From positions 4,216,001 to 4,280,000 of the forward strand of contig NC_043017.1 of NCBI RefSeq assembly GCF_006345805.1: DNA of 64,000 bases, given 5' to 3'. Every line of letters begins with the position of its first letter. The stretch's first letter is position 1. Under the pieces are notes generated by a model. The model did no database searches. It was not told where the DNA came from and saw only the letters and a list, made by a program, of their open reading frames with translations. Below, piece by piece: positions 9,871 to 23,781 of the stretch. Position numbers and translations under genes: made by a program. This stretch comes from Octopus sinensis (Eukaryota).

Positions 9871-12779
9871 CAATTCTTGAACAAAATTAACACTCTCAAG
9901 TCCACCAATATGTATAATGACAAGGAATCTTCCAAAAATATTTGAGTAGCAATGAAACACTTTTACAACAGTGTCAAAGCTACAGACGAAGAATTATCAT
10001 ACTGTACTGCTGTATATAACAAAAAAGTCAGCAGTGAAGGTGGTTGAAACCAGTAACCCAGCCATAGCTACCACTGTGGAATTATTTGGTATTATAATTT
10101 ACCAAATCACACTCCACAATTATAAAGAAAAGAAAAACATGACTTTGTGTTAGATATTGCCAGCCAAAATTATAGCAAAATCTTTTATACATTCATGGTG
10201 AAGTTGGAGACCTGGCAAAAAAACTTGTGCTTTCCCCTGTTAACTGTGGTACAACCAAGTTTTTTGAGGCATTGCTTGTATTAAAACTAGATACAAGCTA
10301 TTAGCACTGATAGACCAGCCACTGAGGCAGTCATAAAAACTTGCTGAAGAAAACAATGGGTTAAAAGGTTCCAGAAGAAAACACAGCAAGAGGGTTTACA
10401 TCAGGTAGCCAATGGACATGGAGAAAATAAACAAGTGTTGTATTACAAGCTGTAAACTTTTGAAGACTGTTAAAATAATTTTGAAAAGAACTGTTGAACC
10501 AGTTATTTTACACAATTATGACCCAAACAGTCCCTCAGGAAGTACAAGTCAGCATTATTGCAGACAAGCAAGCAAGCTAAAAGCAGACCAGAAATTAAGT
10601 ATTGTAGGCCAAAATCAATTGCCTGAAAGTACACCTTCAGAACTGCCTTCCACTGTACTTCAATCATGATCCAAGATAAAAGAGGAACCATTTGGTAGGG
10701 CCAAAGGGAAGAGGATTGATCCAACAAATGGACGACAACACCAAGTAGTTCCACATTGTCCATTCCAATCTAGTCTGCATTATGGATCTCATTGTTGCAC
10801 ACCATTGTGAATTTATGGTTTTTAACCAGGCTGAAAACTGCAGCCCAAGTAGCATAAACAAAAAGTGTTCAAGGATGGTGTGAGTACAATAGCAGGAATA
10901 CAGAAACTAGAGACAGACAATGTAGCTCAGCCCATCATGTTCCAATTATTCTGGAAGCTGACATGAAGGCCGAACTACAGAAATGAACTCATGGCAAGCT
11001 AAGAGTATAGATGAACTTCAAAGTTCAGAACTCAGATCTGAAATACGAATTTTATTTTGTAGCAATTATAAAGGATGCCTATCCTTAAGATGCAAGAGTA
11101 TTTTACCCTGAAAAATTATGCCCAGAGTATTGGCATATTCAAGTAACAGAGTTTACTATATCACAAAGGTCCTATAGACAATCCAAATGACTTTGTCTAT
11201 TCTTTAAATTGGATGTATCATCAGTAACGTTTCAGTAAAAACTACAGTGAGCTTTGGTAGGAGTGATGTGTTGCTGACAACAATGTCATAAATTGGAAAA
11301 GCATTGACAGATACAGAAACTCTAACATGTCGTGGTAAAAGCTGAAATAGCTCAAGGACCAGTGTCTTGGAAGAATGACAAAAGGTAACCAATGGACATG
11401 GAGGAAATAACTAAATGTTGTATTACAAGCTGTAAACTGTTGAACCAGTTATTTTACGCAATTACAACCCAAACGGTCCCTCATGAAGTACAACTGACGG
11501 AGGAGTCAGAGCAGCATTTCAACAAAAGCAAAAGGGCAGCCACATGGCTCTGAGGGATGTATAGACATGCTATGCCACAGGAGAGGTTCCACCAATATAC
11601 TTTGAGATATATTCAAGTCACAAACCTATTAGGGAGATAATGCAGAAGCCTTGAATGAGTGTTTGCAAAATATACAGTGGTAATTAAAATATTATGATAT
11701 TAGGGTGTTCTCTAAGCTTGGTTCTAAGCAACACTTATCAGGACATACCAAGCTTAATTGTTTAGGGATGAAGCTCAGTCACAAGTCAGCATCAATACAT
11801 TGGACAAGATGTAGTGTAAACCACATATTACCAGGATTATGGTATACAGATGAGAGAAAATAGATAATCTCAGAAACACTATGTCTGTATATTCTGGTAT
11901 TCTGTACTGGAATAAGATAAGCTGTGGCAGGTGGCAACTTGAGCCATGTGAGCAATGATGAAATTCGATTTACAGTCTGCAGCAGGGTTTGAAAACCTAC
12001 CTAAACGGAGCTAGAGAATGTGCACTGGGTCAATAAAGTCTGTTGAGATTGAGGATCAAGAAGCCTCGAAACATGTCAAATGAGCTCCATGCCTAACAAA
12101 GAGTAACGCTGATGACCCAAGGTATGGAAAATCCTTTCAATGGACTCGTTACAATGGCAAGACAATATTTATGAACTGTCGACCTTTATAGCAACATGAA
12201 AGGTGACAAAGCAAAAAGCAGACAACCAGAGACTCTCATCATTTACACTGACCCTCAATTCCCTTAAGTTATGCATAACTCTTTTGCCACCAAACGACCA
12301 GTTCCTACCACCCCAAGGGGCACTTTGTTACAACCATCATGAGAATGATTAGATGTTGGTGACAGAATTGAAATGACTGTCACAAAGAAATAATTAAGAC
12401 AAAGAATGCATTCTTTGAGACCAGGAAATTGAAATTTGAAGAAATAATGCCTGCAGCCATATGGATTTGCATCATCTAAAAACTTGACACATGAATGTGG
12501 ATTAGCTATGGTTAATTGGCAAAATTAAGTGATATAATGACTGAGTATTTTATTGCTAATCCAGTTAGACTTGGACATATTGTAGAAAGAGACAAATCAG
12601 TCTTTAATGACCGAAAATATGTTATTATTTGCCTCAACAACAGATATTTCAAGGAACTGATAACATAACAAAGAAATGTGTCTTTATTTCTGTAGACCAG
12701 AGACACAAACACATCACTACTTATTTAAGATTTCATGATACAGTGGAACATGACTACATCTAAACCAGCTCTAACGTAA

Positions 12780-13520
12780 TGTCTGCCGTGAACTCGAACC
12801 TTCTTTCCACCAACATTCTCCCTCTCATTTTATTAAAGCAACACAGCCTTTTCAGAGAATCAGTGTTGATCACAAAGGACCTTTGCCTTCTAATTCACAC
12901 AACAAGTATCTTCTTACTGCCATTGATGAATACTCTAGCTTCCCTTGTCCCGACATGAGTGCTTCAACTATCAAAAAATGGTTTTGTAAATTTTTCTCCC
13001 TTTCTGGCATGCCCTCCTACATTCATTTTAACAGGGGGACAAGTTTCATATCTAAAGAACTGAAAGGGTTTTTACATAGCAAGGGAATTGCTACAAGTAG
13101 AACTACAGCATATAACCCCAGGGGAAAGGGTCAGGTTGAACGCCTCAATGTAACCCTGGCTCTGAAGACAAAAGAATCGGCAATCACTCAGTGGGAACTG
13201 GTTCTGCAAAATTCTCTGTACAGTGACCAATGAAATGCCTCGTGAAAGACTTTTCTGATATAACCGTAAATCTACAGCTCTTCCCAGTTGGCTTCTGTCA
13301 CCGGGTCCTGTTCTGATGAGACGAAATGTGAGAACTTCCAAATATGAACCGCCAGAGGATAAAGTGGAGTTACTGGACTCCAATCCACTCTATGCTCATG
13401 TTAAACTGCAGGATGGGAAAGAAACTACAGTGTCTCTAAGTCAGCTGGCTCCACCCAAAGGCAAGGACGCAGCAGACCTTTACGTTCAAAAGCCAGACCC
13501 TATCTCACAGCAGCCCCTGG
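12780..13520 (+). mobile_element. Gypsy/Ty3 integrase relic
   Basis: NVCRELEPSF, then PFQRISVDHKGPLPSNSHNKYLLTAIDEYS...GMPSYIHFNRGTSFIS...TSRTTAYNPRGKGQVERLN (rve core); frameshifts and deletions. Confidence 0.88.
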
Positions 13521-13925
13521 ACTAGCTGCACCTGCTGAAAGACAGGAGTGCCCCTCAAGCAAGGCTTAGTAACACGTGTGAACATTCTCCTTTTGTGGAG
13601 GGAGCTGTCGATCAACACCCAAGACATACGTGCACCACCCGATGAAGCACATGATGTGCAGTCTTCTGTTGACTACAACACCAACCAAAATGAATCTCCT
13701 GGCTCCAATACTAACCCTAACCATTCCACTAGGACACCATTGCCACACTTCCTTTATCAGAACCAGACCTTACAACTTGTGTAATAGAAAATCCTAAACC
13801 CTAAATAGTCCCATTGTTCTGAAGGTTGAGAAACCTTAACACCCTTGAACAAACAACAAAACTGTTTAAACACGTGTTGTGAAATGTTTCTTCTTTTCAT
13901 GTGTGATCCATTCTCTTCCTCATAT

Positions 13926-14150
13926 GAGGGGTGAATGTCATAAACAGCATGATTTGTGTTTGTATCTAAAGATTGTCCTCATAAGATGTTTCACTGCTCA
14001 TCATTAACTCTTGCCATCTTGTCTGTTTTTATTGTAGACCATACTTTGAAGTATGCTGTGTTGACTATTAAATAAAACTTATCATAAGGTCATGCCTGTC
14101 TTTTGTAAATTGTCTTACTTTAGTTGTAAAGAACTTTCCAGTCATTTTAA
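13926..14150 (+). mobile_element. Possible polypurine tract and start of the 3' LTR of the same Gypsy element
   Basis: gaggggtgaa immediately followed by TGTCA at 13936; AATAAA near 14072. Right boundary not resolved. Confidence 0.4.
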
Positions 14151-14313
14151 TAAACTAATTTGATCCACTAAACCAAGTACTGATTTAGTGAAATGCTGAC
14201 CAACTTTGCCTATAATGAAGTAACTATCCCTTGACAATGGCCTGAGATCTGTCAACATTAATGCTTTCCTCTTCCTATGGGCAGCAGGAAAAAATGTTTC
14301 AACTTCATCCATC

Positions 14314-15130
14314 ATGTTTGGTCAAAAATGCAAATGCTTGTCTTTGAAGACAAAGAGAAATGAACAAATCAGGAAAAACATGAGATTGAGGACAGAGGTG
14401 GGTAAGGAATACGGCAGACTCAGTAGTGACCTGACTACAATTTTGAAAACAAGGTTTTATCATGGAAAATGTCGTATCCAAAAAGTTTATGCCAGGTAAC
14501 ACCACCATCTTGATGATACACTGTATATGTGGTTCACCCAACACTGATCTATGAATCTTTCTGGGTTAGATAGGTTGCTTATTAAGAAAAGGAAGAAATC
14601 AAAAGTCTTCGATATGAAAAAATTTCAAGCTGAATATGGACTGGCTTGACCATCTCAAGATAAGGAGAGGAAAATGGCTGAAAACAGTGCAAAGAAGATG
14701 CTTTAGTTTCAAACAGTTTTAATTAACTGTCTCACTTTAGCAAGCAGATGAGACTCATTGACACTGGTACTAAAAAGGGAGAATTTGAACTGATAGGAAG
14801 ATCACCAAAGACCAGCTGATACATCTCTTTGCTGAAAACATAGACAGCAATGCTAAGTTACCACAGCTGGCCTAAGGAATATCTAAGAGCCTGTGGTACT
14901 TCAAGAAAGCCCAAAGGTTGCCTCTGGCCTACAAACACAACAGGAGGCATGATTGGTGTCCACAATCTAATTGATTATGGTTAAGGAATTGGATCAATTG
15001 TTTCAGCATGAAGTACAAAATGTGATGCCCATCGTCAATAATTACATACTCCAAAGACATTGATCACCTTAACCCGATCACGGTTAAAACACTGCTTCTC
15101 AGTACAATAAGCATGTACCAATCATGCAAT
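14314..15130 (+). mobile_element. Tigger/pogo transposase relic
   Basis: KCKCLSLKTK...TEVGKEYG...LTTILK (psq-type HTH), HHLDDTLYMWFTQ (CENP-B-type HTH), a frameshifted F.A..GWLDHLK-like segment and an ADET motif; heavily disrupted. Confidence 0.6.
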
Positions 15131-15619
15131 CAGGGAATTATTAAGACTTAAAAAGAACTACAGAAAGTTTGTTGTTGTTTGAAAGCTAGTTTAGTTTTGA
15201 GATGTACGCCACAATGATGTTTCCAGATGCTGAAAACATCAGTGAAGAGGACAAACTGAATGTCCTTGAGGCATTGTAAATATCAAAAACAGCAAATTCC
15301 ATAGAGAACTGTGTCTATCATGCAGGTTTCGAGAAACCAGAATCAGAGCACAAAGGAGGACAAGACCAGTTGATGACAATGAGGAGGGCAACATTTCCTT
15401 GGGATACAGGATATCATTCCTACTATTTCTACAGTGGCAGACTTCACAAATGTTGATGAAAATGTGAAAACCACTTAACCACAGGAAATAGGGGATCCAA
15501 AGACAAAGCATTTAGTGGACTGAAAAACCATGATCTCATTCTTCTTCTTCTTATTATTATCCATACTGTATAACAAAATAATGATATATGCTCACTGTCT
15601 ATGAATATCTAAAGCTAGT

Positions 15620-15750
15620 TAGCCTATATCTTGCAGAGAACGACTGACCACAGTGATATGGTTTTTCTCCTGTATGAATACATTTGAGAGTAGTTAAGTT
15701 ACCTTTTTAAAAGGATGACTTTCAACAGAATCATACAGGTATGATGTTTT
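15620..15750 (-). pseudogene. C2H2 zinc-finger relic
   Basis: Minus strand reads [23 protein letters not shown] (finger with the DICG segment deleted and His lost). Confidence 0.7.
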
Positions 15751-16235
15751 TACACCTGTATCTTAACCAACTGTGATCTATTCCGAAGCCTGAAAATGTG
15801 GCAAATTCCTTTCGAAAGCTGTCCAAGTTTAACGAGAATGCAAAGAGAGATGTTTTGCAAATAATCTCACCCAGAGCAAATATTGTTTCTGCCAATGTCA
15901 TTAGATATTCTGAAAGAATAGAAAAATAATATAAGACATAGAGGAGAAATAAAAGGTAGAGATTAAACAATGGAAATTTTACATTTCAATACTGATAAAT
16001 TTTTTATTTGAACAACTGAATTTCACGATTTATTAAAATTACACTGTACAACTTTGTGTGAAGTCAATGTATTTGCAGATAATACATAGACTTTCAGACT
16101 GCCCATGTGGTCTCTGGTTCAGAGCATCTTGGACATTTTCTATTTAGCCCCAGGCCAACCAAAGTCTTCTGAGTGGATATGATAGGCAAAAACTGAAAAG
16201 AGCTCATCGTAGATATTTATATCTATCTATCTATC

Positions 16236-16331
<96 letters not shown>

Positions 16332-16782
16332 ATCGCTTTAACATCCCTTTTCCATGCTTATTAAATTCAAATGGAGTTAAGACAGATTTTCTATGACTGG
16401 ATGCCCTTCCTGTTTCCAAGCAAAGCAATATTTACCCATGATTAGGCATTGTCTTTGGAGAATTTTGGAAATGACATTCAGTTACAACAATCACGCAATG
16501 TTAAGACAAGGAGACACAAACAATCTCACATACATATATGATGGGCTTCTTTCAGTTTCCTCAATTCAGGGCTTAGAACTTGTCATGACAGGTGATGGTT
16601 GTAAATAAGCATCATTGTCATGCAAGTGATGTTTTGGTTTCCCGTCTTCCAATGGGAAATATGTCTGGCCTAGGGAATGTTACCTTGCTTGCAAACAGGT
16701 GACTGTTGGTGACAGGAAGAGCATCTGGCCACAGGAAATCTGCTTCAACAACTTCTGCCTGACCCGTACAAAAGGACATTAA

Positions 16783-17003
16783 CCCTTTCGTTACCAACCC
16801 GGCTGAAACCGGCTCTGGCTCTTTTGTACAAATGTCTGGTTTTCAAAAGTTCTGAATTAAAACCTTCCACCAAACCTTAGTTCCAATTTATGTCCCTAAC
16901 ACTAGCTTAATGATAACTAAGTTATTTTACTTAATTCTTTGTTATATTTAACATAATTGGAAGAAACACAGAGCATCTCAAAATAAATTCTGTAATGAAA
17001 GGG
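16783..17003. mobile_element. MITE with TTAA target duplication (piggyBac-like ends)
   Basis: TTAA|ccctttcgttac ... gtaatgaaaggg|TTAA. Confidence 0.75.
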
Positions 17004-17417
17004 TTAAATGATGTTAACTCATTGGCCTATGATGAAAAATATTTCAGCCGTGACCACACCTTTCTTCTTTTAGCCACTGAATATCAAGATTCACCATTAT
17101 CATTGTTTAGGCCCAAGACAGCTCTGACTGAACAAATCTTTGATCAAAGACAGGCTGCTTTCAAGAATGCTACTAATTTTATGACATTTCAAACAAAATG
17201 GAAAATTAAACTGATTAAAAGATGAGTAATATGAGGTGAAAATAAATAACTAACAACAAATACCTCAAATTCCTTTCAGCAAACGTCAGTTGAATTGGAG
17301 GTAAATTGTGATTGGATGTCATGATTAATGTTACTTATGTTCTTCAAGAGAATATCTGAAAAAAAAAAGCACGAAAATAGAAAGAAAATATGACAAAATC
17401 ATGAAGAAATTGTTTAA

Positions 17418-17636
17418 CCCATTAGTGTTCAGATTATTCTATCAAACATAATGCCTATTGATTCCCATTGATTTGAATTAATCATGCATTATCTCATATC
17501 TTCAAGATCTTGATGGTGTAATTACTTAATGTAGAATAACATTGTAGGGTAGGTGTGAGGGCCTGGATCTGGTCAGTTTGAACAGAAAACAGGAAGACAA
17601 TTTTGGCAGGATATGGCCGGTTTAAATACTAAAGGG
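17418..17636. mobile_element. Second TTAA-flanked MITE family (related copy at 63479-63674)
   Basis: TTAA|cccattagtgttc ... aatactaaaggg|TTAA; interior similar to 63479-63674. Confidence 0.7.
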
Positions 17637-17829
17637 TTAAGTGGAATATGAAAAAAAAACGTTTGATAGTTTGGCAATAAATGAATGAAAAATGGTGAAG
17701 TTCCAATATCATTCCTTACATTCCCATTCCTATGCTTGCATTGGTTGGATGGAGCTTTGTCAAAGCAGATTTTCTATGGCTGGATGCCCTTCCTGTCGCC
17801 AACTCTAACCTGTTTCTATTGTATTGTGG

Positions 17830-18545
17830 AATGCCCGCACCACTCGCCATCTCTGCAAAGGATCTAACTACAGACCCTAGCCCAGACGCGACCTACACGT
17901 CTGTTAAAGTGGAAATATTACACCGCAACACCAGGTCTGAGGAGAGCAGATTTAATGAATTAATGGCAGATGAGGAGTTGGGAGACAGGACCCCGTTGCA
18001 GTATTTACATAGACTACTTGAGTTAAGCGGTGGCCCAACTGATGCGTCATTACTACGGAAAATATCTTTTTCCAGATTGCCATCTAACATTCGAACGATT
18101 CTGACCGTGGCTTTTGAACACAACACCGTAGACCAGATTGCCATGATGGCAGATAAAATTTAAGAAATTTCTGGCCAGCCATCGTCGCATGGCATGTGTA
18201 CTGAAGCCCTTTCGACAGCCACAGTTTCATCCTCTTCTCTGTCATGACCATGACGCCACTTCAAACAAACTAGACGTGCTGACACAACGCAGGGATGAGC
18301 TATTCCGGGAAAATGGGCATCATTCGCATAGTTCCGGGCTGTGCTGGTACCATTCCAGATTTGCTGATAAAGCACATGAGTCCATCCAGCCATGCAGTTT
18401 TAAACTTTCAGTAAACTAGGCTCGGAGGAGTTGGGCACGGCACCTTCCTCCTTCTCATGCATTCTTTGTCAGAGATCTGGTGTTGAAGAAATTCTTCATG
18501 GTAGACACCAGTTCTTGTAGCATTTGGCCTCTTCGTCTCACTGCA
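17830..18545 (+). mobile_element. Gypsy gag-protease relic
   Basis: YTSVKVEILHR...EELGDRTPLQYLHRL...RLPSNIRTIL...IAMMADKI (Gypsy gag-like), CWYHSRFADKA...PCSF knuckle, then FFVRD...KFFMVDTS..SIWP (degenerate aspartic-protease DTG motif). Confidence 0.82.
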
Positions 18546-19208
18546 GACAAGCCTGTGTGGACAACTGTGTGAGTGTCGGTGACGGTGGCTGTTAAGAGAA
18601 TGAAAGTCCCTCTCGAACATCAAAGCGTGTGTGGTATATGAAAAGAAAAAAAAATACATAAAATATTTTTACGGATTTTATCGAACACACCATCAAAACA
18701 GCTGGGAAGGCAATGACAGATACCTATATCGAAAGAATGCCAAAAAAAGGCTGAAGAAGAAAAAAGGATTTAAAGTTTACTTACTGATATAATTGTGAAT
18801 TGGACTCATTCACATCCCCAGCAGCAATTCTTTTTTTAACACTTGCTGACGATAATATTTTCGTTTCTTTTCGGTTAAGATATGAATAACATTCCGTCCT
18901 ATTTCTGATATTCACCAGCATTGCCAAGTGCTCCACAATCAAACCTTCCTGTGTCCACTTCCTTTTCTCTTGAAAAATTTACATAATCTGTAAAAAAAAA
19001 CAAATGCGATGAGAAAAATCCTTTTCACTTTCATCTAATTCTCGAATCCTGCCGATTATCACGGATTATTTTTCTCGACACTCGTTTCCTGCCACTATAT
19101 CGAGATTAAAAGATCGCCGCAGACATGGCTGTGTGATTTCGAAGCTAGCTTTGCAACCACGTGTCTTCAGATTCAGTTCCGCTGCATGACACCTCCGGTG
19201 TCTTCTAC

Positions 19209-19399
19209 GGTACTACTTGAGAAGAGTGGACCCGGTGCGCGCATCTGCGCTAGCTAGTCGTGACTAGTCGATCCTACAACGACTGCCTAGCAAAGTAAAT
19301 AAAACACAAAATAAATATTTTTCTTTTACACAAAGTATCGACTAGTCACGACTAGCTAGCGCGGATGCGCGACTATGCGCACTCTTCTCAAGTAGTACC
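19209..19399. mobile_element. CpG-rich palindromic MITE-like element
   Basis: About 60-bp inverted arms ggtactacttgagaagagtg...gctagctagtcgtgactagtcgat around an AT-rich spacer. Confidence 0.7.
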
Positions 19400-20074
19400 C
19401 GAGTTATGAATATATATAAGCATATATTTTGGTATTTTTGTAAATTTTTAAATTCATCTTTTTGTAATCCCATTCGTGTATCTGACCCCACGTCAGATTG
19501 TATTGTTCCCTCTATGTTCGCCCCTAGTGGGTAATAATAAAACAATTGTTTTTGTTATCTCCATTCCACACACACACACACATACTAATGAACAAATCTT
19601 GAGAAGTCGGAAACTTATTTCGATTGATTGCCAAACGTGCTCTTTGAAAGTTTGATATATCACCATCGTCACTTCCGGCTTCTTTTTCAAGGACAATTTA
19701 CTTTCACTACGAAGGAACTGCATGCGGCCAGTCCCCTAACTGAAATAAAAGATATGGTACCAAATTTTAAAATTCGGCGGGTTTAGGATTAGCTACCCCT
19801 TTACATTATGAGGAGGGAAAACGATACCTAATTATATGCCCACTTCCTTGCGTTTTTCAGTATTCGAGTTTCAAACAAGAATTTACGATTCTGAAGGAAT
19901 TTTGACAATAAAAAGATTATCGGAATGTGTTTCTTCGGTGTTTTCCCACATTCTGAAACATTCGCATTTTTTCCTCCCAAAACCAATATTTTTCAAACTT
20001 CTTAACGACGACTTTTCACCGTACCTTACGTTCTTTTACGCTTAGAGTAAAACTCAAGAATAATAATTAAAGTC

Positions 20075-20125
<51 letters not shown>

Positions 20126-20128
<3 letters not shown>

Positions 20129-20525
20129 TAGCAGTGTCGCCCGGCGTTGCTCGGGTTTGTTTCGACCCTTTAGAATTGGAATTTTTGAAAAGTAAAGATT
20201 TTGCATTATCTAGCTTGTTATTCTCTTTAAGTGAACATTTTTCTGGTTGAAATACACCGAAAACTGGCGACACAGCAGTCAAAAAATCGTAAAATATAGG
20301 GATTTTCATAGAAAAAAAGCACCCTTTTTGATGTAAATAATTTTTGGTGTTAACATGGTCTGATTTGAATTTTATCTTCTACGGAAGGAAGAGCAGGCCT
20401 TCTTCTATCATACTCTCAATTTTGGTCAATTTGTGCTGCAGGGTCTCGGAGGAGATAGTGTTAGTTGAAGGCTACCAAACTTGCCATACACAGACTACTT
20501 CAGCTTTATATATATATATATATAC
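20126..20525 (+). mobile_element. Non-autonomous Helitron-like family D (about 400 bp)
   Basis: Starts tactagcagtgtcgcccggcgttgctcggg and ends cagctttatatatat; no TIR or TSD. Termini resemble Lep1-type non-autonomous Helitrons (class assignment is inference). Confidence 0.6.
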
Positions 20526-22107
20526 AAATGAAAGCAAAACGAGCCAAGCTGATCGTAGCCACTGCGTCAAAGTAAATTTTCTTCCGTGGCCTCCTTCCAT
20601 TCTCACAGACCCAACAATGTCCTCACCTCGACACAGGAGGTAAATTTCACATAAATCACGCCTTTTCGTCATAAAAAAAAACATTAACAACCAAAAAAAA
20701 AAGCTATTTACGACTCGATTATTTAATCTAGTCGTCAATACACTCTTTGTAGAATCAGAACACGAAATAAATAATCACCTGTTATGTATATATATATATG
20801 TACAACATTACTTACATGTCAATGGAGTGGGATTGTGAAAAGGTCAAAATGAAACTCAATGTCGTTAGAATTTCATTTTATGACGAATCCCCAGAGGAGA
20901 CAATGGCATAACTTTTGGCGTTAGATCTTTATATGACCCTAACATCTGACTGATTACTATGTATACAAGGATAACATAGCCATAGGAAGCTGGTCAATAG
21001 CACAGCTTCCTGGGTCCTGGTAGGAAATGAAATGAAGAGAGTTGATTGAGAGACACCGGATACACCGGTTAAGTCGTTTCTCATTGGTTAATTGTGTTCA
21101 GGTGGCCTGTGACATAACCTGGTCGTTGTTTAGCCCTAGGTCGAAATACCGGAGGAGTGGCCCATGGTGTGTAATTCAAAGGCTGAAATACTGGAAGTGA
21201 TGCAAAATTTCCATTGACACTTAGAACTCAAATTTTACTCCACAAGTCGTCCATGTGACACCATTTTTCGGATCTTTTCGCTCTGACCGGCAGATTTCTA
21301 AAATAATTTCTTTGTAATTAAACACTTTTAAACTTTGTATACTGATAGAATGTGTTACATAAAACATCTTTTTCTCTTGGCTTCCTTGAGAAAATTCTGT
21401 AGTTTGTAAGCTATTTGTTGTTTAATTCCTTGCATTTCTGCAATTTCAAACAATCAATGACGTCTATTGAGGTGAAAACAATTTCTCCGGAGCCTTGTCA
21501 ACAACAATTACTCTTAGGCATTTACAAAAAATATAGAAACAAATAAATTATTGAACTTTTTTTTAACACAGTGAAGATTTTATGAAGTTGTAAAACTTCG
21601 GTGGGTGTGTAAAAAAAGCGGATTTGTTATGGCGGAACGTGAAGCGTTCACAAAACTGAAACCTGCGAAATTGGAGTGAATTGTACGCCGAGCAGCATTC
21701 CACACTCGCCGACTAAGTGATTCGTTCGTATGGAGTGCAGTGTGGCACCCTGGAGATTGTTGCACACTGCCCAGTCTATTTTTGCATCCCTGTAAATGTC
21801 CTCAACAGATGAAGCCAAGGTGCACCCGATCAGAGCATGAAAGTTGCTGTTCCTCTGCATTTTATTACGGGTGGTCTGCCTAGCAGTAGTGTTTAGGAGG
21901 GTAAATACGGCCATTGATGATGTAGTAGCTATTTCTGCATGCATATGTTGTTTTTTAATATGGGGAAATTGTTTTAAGGACGCTTTTGCAAATTCTCAGC
22001 CCCAGATCACCCTTGATTGAGCAGTCAATACGATCAAAAGCCTTCCAACCGTGACTCTTCAGTCTTTTTAAGGGTACCTAGAAATGCAAATTACACGTCA
22101 TTATTGT

Positions 22108-22270
22108 ATATATTTCTTTACTACTCACAAGGGGATAAACACAGAGAGGGGACAAACAAGAACAGACAAACGGATTAAGTCGATTACATCGACCCCAGTG
22201 CGTAACTGGTACTTAATTTATCGACCCCGAAAGGATGAAAGGCAAAGTCGACCTCGGCGGAATTTGAACA
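22108..22270 (-). mobile_element. SINE family A (5'-truncated)
   Basis: Reverse complement of the family A core. Confidence 0.8.
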
Positions 22271-22576
22271 CGTCATTATTGTATAACTGACGCTGCTTAA
22301 ATTTTTTGAAATGAAACGACAGGTTGACGCACTGCAGTTTGTAGGCGTGACATCCTGACAATATTGTTATGCTATTATTGCCAAAAAAAAAACATAAGTC
22401 ATTTCCAATTAAAGTAATTCTTGTTAATAATTTTTTTTTATGAACGCGAACTTGTCCATGAATATCATAGTCTTTCTTCGTTTAACGCTTGTGATCATTT
22501 AGTAGGCATGTGTAAAAGTATATATGAGAATAAAACTGTAACCAAAGTGATGTCTCAGCATACCAAAATGTATTAA

Positions 22577-22745
22577 CCCTTAAAACACAGGTATAAATAG
22601 CAAGTTTTTTTCATGCGAGACGCAAAAGAAAGAGGAAAAATACAAGATGATAATCAAATAGCTTATAACACAAATGTGGCTTATATGCCACACCCGTCTT
22701 CAGAATTTAGCAGTGTGTCAATAAACCACACCCGGACTTAAAGGG
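22577..22745. mobile_element. TTAA-flanked MITE
   Basis: TTAA|cccttaaa ... ttaaaggg|TTAA. Confidence 0.55.
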
Positions 22746-23781
22746 TTAATATTGCAAAAAACGTGTTTGTCCAACACTTCGATGAAGATTTTCTAAATGA
22801 ACGGGTAAAAATAGGAAATGTTTTTTACTTTTTGTAGAATCTAATTATATTGCCGTTAACAAGCTTCCGGGAGCATACATATTTTGATTTGGTAGTTTTA
22901 GAAACGTGTGGTGCAAATGGAATTGTATATGCATTGAGCAAAAAGGAAAAAAACTAGTAAAAAAGAAATTAATATTTAAAAATCTATTAGCTACTGGGAC
23001 TTACTAAACCAGGGCAGGAGTTAACAATCCCTATAAGAAATTAACGAAGTTCAATCTTTACCTATGTTTAGATGTCCATGTGACATTCTTTGTAATTTTT
23101 AAATTTCTTTATCAGATACTTGTTCTGAATATCTCTCTAGAAACATCGAATTTTTCGGAGGAGAAAATTATAACTGGTTTTCAACTAAATTGTATAATCT
23201 ATTTTAAGAAGATAGGGGCGTGGTTTTAGCGAATCTGGCTGCTATTTCTAGCAGACGAGTGAGTACTGCATTAACAAAGTATTATGTAATTGTAATAATG
23301 TTCTTATGGTGTTTTGTAATAGTTTGCCTACTATGGACGATTTTTTTTATTTTACGGTATACTACAGCCGTCTTCTTTGGCACAAAGAATCTGTATGTTT
23401 AACCTCGGGTCAGTTCTTCAGCAGAGTATGACTAAAAGCATTCTTGTCGTGGCCATCGCATCTTCAGTTACATTTTTTAAACGTGGTAAAATGGTATACC
23501 TCAGACTTCGTCACCCAAGGTGTCCTTCCTTGGTACTCGTGTACTTTTAGGGTCCATGTAAAAATCAGAGAGATAATTAAAACTGTCAGAAGTGGATGAG
23601 AAATTTAGAATTTTTTTTTTTTACGTGATGTCACATCTAGCAGTCATTAAAACGAAGCTGTTGCTTGTTATCTATTATTTTAATTATTTCATTATAAATC
23701 TCAACTTTGATATAAAGTAAATTTCCAAAACATAATATTTGTAATATTGTAACAACTTAAGTGAAAATGCTATATGGTTAT

